From: Gallionella sp. | GTDB lineage: Bacteria; Pseudomonadota; Gammaproteobacteria; Burkholderiales; Gallionellaceae | Length of the DNA: 64,000 bases | NCBI GenBank assembly: GCA_028714075.1 | Contig: JAQTMZ010000001.1 | Location: forward strand, 279,753-343,752 | Direction: 5' to 3' | Part shown: positions 43,368-51,528 of the stretch, one piece after another | How positions within the stretch are numbered: position 1 is the first letter of the stretch | How the letters are laid out: every line of letters starts with the position of its first letter | Program-made: the position numbers and the translations under genes | Notes under the pieces: model-generated | Told to the model about the DNA's origin: nothing | Databases searched by the model: none | The model's input: the letters and a program-made list of their open reading frames with translations, nothing else

Positions 43368-45391
43368 CAAGTATGAAACCTGGAAGAAACGACCCATGCA
43401 TTTGCGGCAGCGGGAAAAAATACAAAAAATGCTGTGGCCAGCCCGAACCCGGCTTGCCGGTTCAATCACGGCAACACCGGAATATCGCTGCGCAAAACAG
43501 CCTTGCAAAGGGTGCAGCACCTGCACAAGATGAATTAAATCGGCTTATCGCCCTGTACAACGCCGGAAGTTATGCGGAGCTGGAAAACCGGACATATCTG
43601 CTGCTTGATCGGTATCCGGATTCCGGGTTTACCTGGAAAGTATTGGGCGTAACCCTTCAGATGCAGGGCAAAGACAGCCTGCCTGCCTTGCGGAAAGCGA
43701 CAGAACTTTTGCCGGACGATGCAGATGCGCATTACAACCTTGGGAATACCCTCATGATGCTGGGGCGGTTGGACGAGGCCGAGGCCAGCTACCGGTGCGC
43801 GCTACGGATTCAACCGGATTATGTCGACGCTTATTATAATTTGGGGAATACCCTGCGGAACATGGGTCGCATTGGTGAGGCAGAAGCCAGCTACCGGCAG
43901 GCACTGCGGATCAAGCCGGATTACGCCGAAGTGTATAGCAATCTGGGGAACGTCATGCTGGAACAGGGTCGGCTAGCCGAGGCCGAGGCCAGCTACCGGC
44001 AGGCGTTACGGATCAAACCGGATTATGCTGCGGCGCATTACAATCTGGGTAATTTTCTTCATGACCGGAGTCGTCTGGATGAGGCCGAGGCCAGTTTCCG
44101 GCGGGTGCTGCAAATCAAGCCGGACTATGCCGATGCGCACAGTAATTTGGGCAATGTCCTTCAGGATATGGGTCGGCTGGCCGAGGCTGAGGCCAGTTAC
44201 CGGCGGGCGTTACAGAACAAGCCTGACCACGCCGAAGCATATAGCAATCTGGGGAATACCCTTCTGGAGTTGGGCCGCATAGCTGAGGCCGAGGCCAGCC
44301 ATCGACATGCGCTGGAAATCAAACCGGACTTTGTTGAGGGGCGTTTCAATTTTACGCTGGCAAAAAAGGCGAAGGCTGGCGACGAAAACCTGGTGGCATT
44401 GGAAGCCGCCGAGGAAGCGGTGCGGGACGGCACCGCCACGCTATCGAATAAAGAGGCGGTGTACCTGCATTTTGCGCTGGGTAAAAGCTATGACGACCTC
44501 GGCGATTACGAAAAAGCCTTTCCGCATTTCCTCGAAGGCTGCAAGCTGAAGCGCGCTACATTTGGCCATGATCCAGATCATGCCTCGCGGCTTTTTGCCG
44601 GCATCATGCGCAATCTTGATGCAGCGGCGATAGACCGGCTGCGTGGCGGCGGCGATCCCTCGAATCTGCCGATTTTCGTGCTGGGCATGCCGCGCTCTGG
44701 CACCACGCTCACCGAGCAGATTATCGCCAGCCATCCCGAGGTTCACGGCGCCGGGGAGTTGCCCGACCTGATACGGATTGCGCGGCGCGACATTGACGGT
44801 GCTGCCTTCCCGGATAACCTGCGCCTGTTCGACCAGGCGCGGCTCAGCGCTTGGGGGGCGGAATATGTAGCCGGCTTGCAGCGGCGCGCACCGGATGCGC
44901 GCCGCATCACCGACAAGATGCCGGAGAATTTTCTGGTTGTCGGTCTGATCCACCTGATGCTGCCTAACGCGAAGATCATCCATGTCAACCGCAATCCGGT
45001 GGATACCTGCCTGTCCTGCTTTACCAAACTGTTCAAGCACCAGCATGAATACACCTACGATCTGGCCGAGCTGGGGCGCTACTATGCCGGTTATGCCCGC
45101 CTGATGGACCATTGGCGCAAGGTGTTGCCAGGCGGCGCCTTCCTCGATGTGCGGTATGAAGATCTGGTGGCGGACCAGGAGGCGCAGTCGCGCCGCATCA
45201 TCGGGTATTGTGGGCTGGAGTGGAACGATGCATGTATCGATTTTTACAACAACAAGCGCCCGGTAAGCACTGCCAGCATGGCGCAGGTGCGCCAGCCGAT
45301 GTACAAATCGTCGGTGGAACGCTGGCGGCATTATGAGAAATTCCTCGGGCCGTTGCTCGATGCGCTCGGTGAGCTTGTTACCGAGCGGTAA
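43364..45391 (+). CDS. SEC-C + TPR + PAPS-dependent sulfotransferase
   Basis: GRNDPCICGSGKKYKKCC; six tandem TPRs; GMPRSGTTL (5'-PSB loop), RNPVDTCLS (3'-PB), VRYEDLV. Confidence 0.9.
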   Translation: MTSMKPGRNDPCICGSGKKYKKCCGQPEPGLPVQSRQHRNIAAQNSLAKGAAPAQDELNRLIALYNAGSYAELENRTYLLLDRYPDSGFTWKVLGVTLQMQGKDSLPALRKATELLPDDADAHYNLGNTLMMLGRLDEAEASYRCALRIQPDYVDAYYNLGNTLRNMGRIGEAEASYRQALRIKPDYAEVYSNLGNVMLEQGRLAEAEASYRQALRIKPDYAAAHYNLGNFLHDRSRLDEAEASFRRVLQIKPDYADAHSNLGNVLQDMGRLAEAEASYRRALQNKPDHAEAYSNLGNTLLELGRIAEAEASHRHALEIKPDFVEGRFNFTLAKKAKAGDENLVALEAAEEAVRDGTATLSNKEAVYLHFALGKSYDDLGDYEKAFPHFLEGCKLKRATFGHDPDHASRLFAGIMRNLDAAAIDRLRGGGDPSNLPIFVLGMPRSGTTLTEQIIASHPEVHGAGELPDLIRIARRDIDGAAFPDNLRLFDQARLSAWGAEYVAGLQRRAPDARRITDKMPENFLVVGLIHLMLPNAKIIHVNRNPVDTCLSCFTKLFKHQHEYTYDLAELGRYYAGYARLMDHWRKVLPGGAFLDVRYEDLVADQEAQSRRIIGYCGLEWNDACIDFYNNKRPVSTASMAQVRQPMYKSSVERWRHYEKFLGPLLDALGELVTER

Positions 45392-45434
45392 AAATACCTG
45401 TTTATCCAGCTTGCTCGGATTGGGTTCTGCGTAA

Positions 45435-45454
45435 TTGTTGTAAAAAAACCACAC
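45435..45454. promoter_or_regulatory. Candidate activator site upstream of cyc2
   Basis: TTGTTGTAAAAAAACCACAC, centred about 60 bp before the predicted TSS; 17/20 to 4806-4825. Confidence 0.45.
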
Positions 45455-45469
45455 TTCCCCCATAAACTT

Positions 45470-45498
45470 TTGACAGTGCTTCCATCCGCTTCTATAGT
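45470..45498 (+). promoter_or_regulatory. Near-consensus sigma70 promoter of cyc2
   Basis: TTGACA-17-TATAGT. Confidence 0.8.
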
Positions 45499-45580
45499 CC
45501 GCCACAGTGGTAGCAAGGGGGTTTTGCAATCACTTCGAGTTTTTAATTTAATCAACTTTTCTTTTTAGAGGAAAATCACA

Positions 45581-46930
45581 ATGAAGAAAATCGTTCTCTC
45601 ACTGGCAGGCGTGTTGGCAGCAACCGCATTTGCTCCTGAAGCATCGGCTATCCCGTCGTTTGCCCGTCAAACCGGCATGGCGTGTAACTCTTGCCACTTT
45701 AATTCTTACCCAGCGCTGACCAGTTTCGGTCGTGCGTTCAAGTCCGGCGGCTACACCATGATGGGCGCGCAAGCCAAGGTTGAAGGCGATCACGGTCTGT
45801 CTATTCCTGCAACCCTGAACGCTTCGGTTTATACGCAAATGCGTTACATCAAAACCAATGGCTCAAGCTTTGCGGCTGGCAGCACTAAGGTTGCCAACGA
45901 AGGCCGCTTCGACGTTCCAGACGAAATGGCCCTGTTCCTGGGTGGCCGCGTATCTGAAAACATCGGCGCAATGGTGGAAGTTGCAATACCTGGTACGGTA
46001 ACCATGGCCAACCTCAAGATGCCGTTTGTGTTCGATGCGGGTGGTGCGAAATTAGGCTTTATCCCTTTCACCACGAACGGTCTTGGCCCAGCAGCAGCTT
46101 TTGACCTGTTCGGCACCGGCTCCAACGCCGCCGGCCGCGTCACTGAAAACGGTATTGGCTATAGCGCCGCAGAATATCTGGGTACAACGAACGCCAAGGC
46201 TGCAACCGGCGTAGCGCTGGTGGCAAGCAGCGACCAGTTCCATGTGGCCGTGACTCCTTATTCCGGCACGGGTGCTGCTGTGCAAACATCCAAACTGGGC
46301 GCAACCTATCTGCGCGCCGCTTGGACACCCAGCTATAACAACTGGGATCTGGGTTTGGGTCTGCAGAACTTCAGCGGCAAGCCTAACAGGGGCCTCGCGG
46401 CTACAACTCTAGATCAGAGCGAAGATCGTGCGACTATCGTTGACTTCCAGGCTCAAGGCGAAGCAGGCGGTATGCCTTTGGGTATCTATGGTAGCTATGG
46501 TACTGCCCCTGCGTCTACTGTAGGCGCAGTTGCAGGTGGAGCAGGCTTCAACAACCTGAACATCAGCCAAACTAATCGCAGGACCTCCTTCGGTTTGCTG
46601 GGCGATTTGTGGGTAATGCCCGGCACCTTGGGTCTGCAACTCGGCTTCATGCGCGCCAAAACAGGTTTGGCTAACACCAATACCACCGGACAGGAAAACG
46701 ACAATTCCTACACGATCGGCGCACGTTACAAGATGCGTCAAAACGTGAAGCTGGGCTTGGCTTACACCAAGTTCTCCGGTTCCGCGTATGACATCGGTGG
46801 TTCCGGTGGCGCCAATACGGCCAACTACGCTCCTATCGCAGCAGCCGGTACTCTGGGTGCAGCGGCGGGTGGCGTGGCAGGTGGATTGGGTAATAGCCGC
46901 CTGACACTCATCCTGTCCGCCGGTTGGTAA
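45581..46930 (+). CDS. cyc2: Cyc2 outer-membrane cytochrome-porin (Fe(II) oxidase candidate)
   Basis: Signal peptide, then IPSFARQTGMACNSCH...PALTSFGRAFK..GY signature with a single CxxCH; beta-barrel ending in W. Confidence 0.93.
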   Translation: MKKIVLSLAGVLAATAFAPEASAIPSFARQTGMACNSCHFNSYPALTSFGRAFKSGGYTMMGAQAKVEGDHGLSIPATLNASVYTQMRYIKTNGSSFAAGSTKVANEGRFDVPDEMALFLGGRVSENIGAMVEVAIPGTVTMANLKMPFVFDAGGAKLGFIPFTTNGLGPAAAFDLFGTGSNAAGRVTENGIGYSAAEYLGTTNAKAATGVALVASSDQFHVAVTPYSGTGAAVQTSKLGATYLRAAWTPSYNNWDLGLGLQNFSGKPNRGLAATTLDQSEDRATIVDFQAQGEAGGMPLGIYGSYGTAPASTVGAVAGGAGFNNLNISQTNRRTSFGLLGDLWVMPGTLGLQLGFMRAKTGLANTNTTGQENDNSYTIGARYKMRQNVKLGLAYTKFSGSAYDIGGSGGANTANYAPIAAAGTLGAAAGGVAGGLGNSRLTLILSAGW

Positions 46931-46976
46931 TCGGGCAGTATGGCTTGATCCGGCCAGTTTGGCGGATATAGCGAAT

Positions 46977-47008
46977 GTAGGATGGGTGGAGCGCAAGCGA
47001 TACCCATC
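46977..47008 (+). repeat. GTAG-type REP
   Basis: GTAG-GATGGGT...GCGCAAGC...ACCCATC in the cyc2 3' UTR. Confidence 0.7.
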
Positions 47009-47030
47009 AAACAAAAGCAGTTGATGTATA

Positions 47031-47061
47031 ACAGGGGAGACTTCGGTCTCCCCTGTTTTTT
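47031..47061 (+). terminator. cyc2 terminator
   Basis: ACAGGGGAGAC-TTCG-GTCTCCCCTGT-TTTTT. Confidence 0.9.
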
Positions 47062-47121
47062 GTCTTTAAATCCAACAACGCGCTGTTATACTTTGCGTCA
47101 TCTTGAGGAAATGAGTTCGCC

Positions 47122-47193
47122 ATGAAAGCGTTATTTATTCGTGCTGAGTGGGATGACGAAGCCGAGGTGTGGGTTGCCACCAGCGATGTATAA
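47122..47193 (+). pseudogene. Truncated DUF1902/HicB-like antitoxin remnant
   Basis: MKALFIRAEWDDEAEVWVATSDV* resembles the DUF1902 N-terminus (A.WD.EA.VWVATSDD). Confidence 0.6.
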
Positions 47194-47226
47194 GGTGTGT
47201 TACACGCACCGCGCGTATCCAAAATT

Positions 47227-48198
47227 ATGATGGAATCACCAGAGCGAACGGCAGGGACTCTGCTACAGCACCATAGCAAGCAGCTGGCAACCGCGCTGAA
47301 GCTGGATTGCGGCAGCGCGCGCATCGAGGTGCAATGCCTGCTGCAAGCCGTGCTGCAAGTGAACCGCGCCCGCTTGCTCACCCACCCGGAACAGTCCCTC
47401 AATCCCGAACAATATGCGCGCTACGCAGCGTTATTCGAGCGGCGCCTGAGCGGCGAACCGGTCGCTTATCTGCTCGGCGAGCGCGAATTTTTCGGGCTGG
47501 ATTTCAAGGTTTCCCCCGCGACGCTGATCCCGCGCCCCGACACCGAATTGCTGGTCGAACTGGCATTGGCACGTATGTCACCGCCCTCTCCCCCAGCCCC
47601 TCTCCCTGTACCCGCAGGGGGCATCCCCGCCGCGAGCGGCAGCAAAGCTGCTCGCACTGGCGAGATGGGCGAGGGTGGCCGAAAGGCCGGGAGAGGGTGT
47701 CGTGTGCTGGACTTGGGCACCGGCAGCGGCGCGGTTGCGCTGAGCATCGCCCATGTGCGCCCGGATGTCGAAGTAACGGCAGTGGACGCTTCCGGTGCCG
47801 CGCTGGAAGTGGCCCGGTTCAACGCGCAACGGCTCAATCTCGACAATGTGCGCTTGCTGCAAGGCGACTGGTTCAGCGCGCTGGGATCAGAACGCTTCGA
47901 TCTGATCGTGTCCAATCCACCGTACATCGCTGCCGACGATGCGCATTTGTCGCAGGGCGACCTGCGCTTCGAGCCGCGCACCGCGCTGGCTTCCGGTCCA
48001 GACGGGCTGGACGACATCCGCCGTATCGTTGCACAAGCGCGAGCGCATCTCAATGCCGGCGGCTGGCTGCTGCTGGAACATGGCTACGACCAGGCGGGAC
48101 GGGTGCGTGCGCTGTTGCAGCAGGCGGGGTTTGCGCAGGTATGCTCCGCGCGCGACCTGGCGGGAACCGAACGGGTGAGCTGCGGCTTGGCAAACTAA
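47227..48198 (+). CDS. prmC: Release factor glutamine methyltransferase with ~38-aa insertion
   Basis: GEPVAY, TLIPRPDTE, LDLGTGSG, SNPPY, LLEHG. Confidence 0.95.
   Translation: MMESPERTAGTLLQHHSKQLATALKLDCGSARIEVQCLLQAVLQVNRARLLTHPEQSLNPEQYARYAALFERRLSGEPVAYLLGEREFFGLDFKVSPATLIPRPDTELLVELALARMSPPSPPAPLPVPAGGIPAASGSKAARTGEMGEGGRKAGRGCRVLDLGTGSGAVALSIAHVRPDVEVTAVDASGAALEVARFNAQRLNLDNVRLLQGDWFSALGSERFDLIVSNPPYIAADDAHLSQGDLRFEPRTALASGPDGLDDIRRIVAQARAHLNAGGWLLLEHGYDQAGRVRALLQQAGFAQVCSARDLAGTERVSCGLAN
47584..47697. repeat. 114-bp palindromic element in frame in prmC
   Basis: CCCTCTCCC ... GGGAGAGGG termini; length divisible by 3. Confidence 0.8.
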
Positions 48199-48202
48199 AT
48201 TG

Positions 48203-48261
48203 GTAGCGTGCGCTGTGCGCACGGCTTTGGGTTGTGTTGTCGTGCGCACAGCGCACGCTAC
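48203..48261. repeat. Inverted REP doublet GTAGCGTGCGCTGTGCGCACG
   Basis: 21-bp perfect inverted repeat with GTAG foot. Confidence 0.85.
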
Positions 48262-48383
48262 GCGCAACTCTGCACAGATTAGCAGCCGATCAACGCGCTT
48301 CAAACACATCCTGGCCGGATCAACAGCTTGAGCAAGGGCAATAAAGCTGCTAGTCTGCGTGCGTCGAGTAGGAGGTATAAGGT

Positions 48384-50156
48384 ATGCGTTCACGCAACAC
48401 ACTGTATCTCTGCCTCATCGGTGCGCTCCTGAATGCCTGCGGAACCAGGCCGATTCAACCGTCAGACCAGCACATCCAGCAACCGCCTAATCAGGCCGCC
48501 CCCAGCGGAAATATCCCGCAGACCATCAGGCAAAAAATAGTATTGCCGCCGCCGACACCGCCGCCGAAAGTTGAAATTTACAGCGTGGTGGTCACCAATG
48601 TGCCGGCGCAGGAAATCTTGTTCGCGCTGGCGCGCGATGCGAAAATCAACATGGACATCCATCCCGGCATTCAGGGCAATGTCACGCTGAATGCCATCAA
48701 TCAGACGCTGCCGCAAATCCTCACGCGCATCGCCAGGCAGATCGATATGCGCTACGAGCTGGACAACGACAACCTGACCATAATGCCGGATGCGCCTTAC
48801 CTGCACAGCTACAAGATCGATTATGTGAATATGGCGCGCGACTCGGAAAGCTCCATCGTCACCAGCGCGCAGGTGACCTCCAGCACGGCTTCTTCCGGCG
48901 CGGGCAGCGGGACGAACAATTCGTCGATCAGCATCAAGGACAGTTCCAGAAACCGCTTCTGGGAAACCTTGACCCAGAACATCAAGGATATCCTGCACGA
49001 AACCGACAAGATTCTGCCCGAGGGTTCCAGCGAAACATCGGTGCAGCAAGTCCGGGCGGCCAGCAGCAGCGGCACCGGCCATCAACCGGCAGCAACCAAT
49101 AAAAAATCCGCAAACGCGGCGAGGGGCGGCATCGAGAACAGCCCCAATCCGGTCAGCCTCGAAGAAGGCGGAACCACGCTTACGCGGCACAGCACGTTTC
49201 GCGAAGCCGCCGCGGTGATCGCCAGCCCGGAAGCCGGTTTGATCACGGTGCGCGCCACCGCGCGGCAGCACGAAAAGATTCAGGAATTCATCGCGCAAGT
49301 GATGGGCAGCGCGCGCCGCCAGGTGATGATAGAGGCGACCATCGTCGAAGTGCGCCTGAGCGACCAGTACCAGCAAGGCATCAACTGGTCGGCGCTGATC
49401 AAGGCGGGAGGCAAGCAATTCAAGCTGGTGCAAAGCAGCGCGGGACTGCCTACCGGAGTCGGCAAGGGTATCATCGGCATCATCACCAATCCGACCGCCA
49501 CGACCATCGGTTCGCAGGTGTCGCTGCTGGAATCCTTCGGTAACGTGAAGGTGCTGTCCAGCCCGAAACTCAGCATGCTCAACAACCAGACGGCGATCAT
49601 CAAGGTGGTGGACAACCTGGTCTATTTCACCATCGCGGCTACCACGGTGACTAACCAGACCGGCTCGCAAACCAACTACACCAGCTCGCCAACCACGCTG
49701 CCGGTCGGCTTCACGATGAGCGTCACACCGCAGATCAGCGAAAACGACAGCGTGCTGTTCAACCTGAAGCCCGCCATTTCGCGGGTCACCAGCTACGTCA
49801 ACGACCCCAACCCGGATCTGGCGCGCGCCGGGGTGGTCAGCCGCATTCCGCAAACCCAGACGCGCGAAATGGAGTCGGTGCTCAAGATCGAGAACAACCA
49901 GATCGCCGTGATGGGCGGGTTGATGCAGGACTCGGTAAACAATCTCACCGATGCGGTGCCCGGCCTGTCCAATATCCCGCTGGCCGGCGAGCTGTTCAAA
50001 CAGCGCAACGACAGCACCGAAAAAACCGAACTGGTGATTTTTCTGCGCCCGATGGTCATCAGGAATGCCAGCATAGATGGGGATTTTAGCGCGTACCGGG
50101 ATGCGCTGCCGGATCAGAATTTTTTCAAGGAATCCAGTGCGGCATCGCGCAAATAG
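48384..50156 (+). CDS. mshL: MSHA-type secretin MshL (lipoprotein)
   Basis: LNAC lipobox, YKIDYVNMAR, QVMIEATIVEV, VLSSP, KTELVIFLRP. Confidence 0.88.
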   Translation: MRSRNTLYLCLIGALLNACGTRPIQPSDQHIQQPPNQAAPSGNIPQTIRQKIVLPPPTPPPKVEIYSVVVTNVPAQEILFALARDAKINMDIHPGIQGNVTLNAINQTLPQILTRIARQIDMRYELDNDNLTIMPDAPYLHSYKIDYVNMARDSESSIVTSAQVTSSTASSGAGSGTNNSSISIKDSSRNRFWETLTQNIKDILHETDKILPEGSSETSVQQVRAASSSGTGHQPAATNKKSANAARGGIENSPNPVSLEEGGTTLTRHSTFREAAAVIASPEAGLITVRATARQHEKIQEFIAQVMGSARRQVMIEATIVEVRLSDQYQQGINWSALIKAGGKQFKLVQSSAGLPTGVGKGIIGIITNPTATTIGSQVSLLESFGNVKVLSSPKLSMLNNQTAIIKVVDNLVYFTIAATTVTNQTGSQTNYTSSPTTLPVGFTMSVTPQISENDSVLFNLKPAISRVTSYVNDPNPDLARAGVVSRIPQTQTREMESVLKIENNQIAVMGGLMQDSVNNLTDAVPGLSNIPLAGELFKQRNDSTEKTELVIFLRPMVIRNASIDGDFSAYRDALPDQNFFKESSAASRK

Positions 50157-50210
50157 CCTGCGGGGCATTGCGCCGGCAAGTGCCAGCCTTGTAACCCGGC
50201 ATTCGCAAAA

Positions 50211-51278
50211 ATGAGCCTGTTGCTGGATGCGCGCAGGAAGCAGCAAGCGCAGCAGGGTGCCGAATTTGAACTCAGTCTGGTGGAACCGCCGAATTTGGCC
50301 GCACCGGACAGGCAACCGATCCAGAATATCCGCGATGCGAGCCCAAATTTGTTTGGCGTGAAATCGCCCAACCCAGCGGCCTCGCATACCGGCGTCAGGC
50401 GCAATTTACTGGTTGCCCTGTGCGGCGCGATTTTGTTGCTTGCAGCGGGCTATTATTGGCCTATCGTTTCTGCGAGCAACACCCGGCCGCTGCAGCCATC
50501 CGCCATTGCGCCGATTCTGCGGCCAATACCTTCTGCCGCAGCAGCAGAACTAAAAACACGAAATACTTTTGCCGCAGAGCCTGCCGCACCCCATTCCGCT
50601 GACAACATGCCGAAACCGCTGCTGGCTGGAATCGTTCTGCCGGCTAATAGCCGTGCGCTGACGATACCCGCTTTCCATGAGAACAATCAGGTACGCATGG
50701 AAGGACAAAAAACCGGAACCGTCGACCCGTTGCTCAACAATGCCTATCTTGCTTACCGCAACGGCAATCTGGATACGGCGCAGCAACTGTACCGGGCAAT
50801 GCTCGGCAGGGATGTGCGCAATACCGATGCGCTGCTGGGCATGGCCGTCATTGCACAACAACGCGGCGAGGACATGCTGGCGGCACAGTATTATTCCCGT
50901 GTGCTGGCGCTCGATCCGCGCAATGCGCTGGCGCATACCGGTCTGTCCGCCTTGACTGCGGACAGCAGCGACGAAGACCATTTGAAAACCTTGCTCAACG
51001 AACAGCAGGACTCGGCCATCCTGCATTTCGCACTGGGCAACCGCTATGCGGAACAATCGCGCTGGAGCGAGGCTCAACAAAACTATTTCAACGCCTACAC
51101 GCTGGAGCCGGACAGCATTGAGTTTGCGTTCAACCTGGCAGTCAGTCTCGATCATCTCGGCCAGAGCAAATTGGCTGCACAATATTATCAGCGCGCGTTG
51201 CAACTGGATCAGCAAGAGAGCCACCCTGGATTCGATCACGCGCAAACCGAACAGCGCGTGCTTGAATTGACCCGCTAA
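50211..51278 (+). CDS. MshN-like TPR protein
   Basis: MSLLLDA N-terminus, one TM helix, C-terminal TPRs (FNLAVSLDHLG). Confidence 0.75.
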   Translation: MSLLLDARRKQQAQQGAEFELSLVEPPNLAAPDRQPIQNIRDASPNLFGVKSPNPAASHTGVRRNLLVALCGAILLLAAGYYWPIVSASNTRPLQPSAIAPILRPIPSAAAAELKTRNTFAAEPAAPHSADNMPKPLLAGIVLPANSRALTIPAFHENNQVRMEGQKTGTVDPLLNNAYLAYRNGNLDTAQQLYRAMLGRDVRNTDALLGMAVIAQQRGEDMLAAQYYSRVLALDPRNALAHTGLSALTADSSDEDHLKTLLNEQQDSAILHFALGNRYAEQSRWSEAQQNYFNAYTLEPDSIEFAFNLAVSLDHLGQSKLAAQYYQRALQLDQQESHPGFDHAQTEQRVLELTR

Positions 51279-51308
51279 CCGCAATGGCGACGAGCCGATT
51301 ATCTTGGT

Positions 51309-51363
51309 GTAGGAGCGGGCCATGCCCGCGACCAAGCAATTCGCGGGCATGGCCCGCTCCTAC
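51309..51363. repeat. Inverted REP doublet GTAGGAGCGGGCCATGCCCGCGA
   Basis: Perfect inverted repeat with GTAG foot. Confidence 0.85.
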
Positions 51364-51375
51364 AAAATAGTCGGT

Positions 51376-51432
51376 GTAGCGTGCGCTGTGCGCACGATTT
51401 CTGAATTATTTCGTGCGCACAGCGCACGCTAC
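51376..51432. repeat. Inverted REP doublet GTAGCGTGCGCTGTGCGCACG
   Basis: Same arms as 48203-48261, different spacer. Confidence 0.85.
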
Positions 51433-51528
51433 ATTGAGGCATCGCTCACATAGCATATTGATCGGGCTGCACAATCATTTATCATTCCGTTTTCAATTCG
51501 TAAATTCGCTTTTCCGGAGACCACCTCA

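Noticed and set aside
32665-45391. O-antigen/capsule or stalk-polysaccharide locus interpretation of the island
   Set aside because: No wzx/wzy/wzm/wzt, priming transferase, processive synthase or ops element seen; the fucose could still feed LPS genes elsewhere
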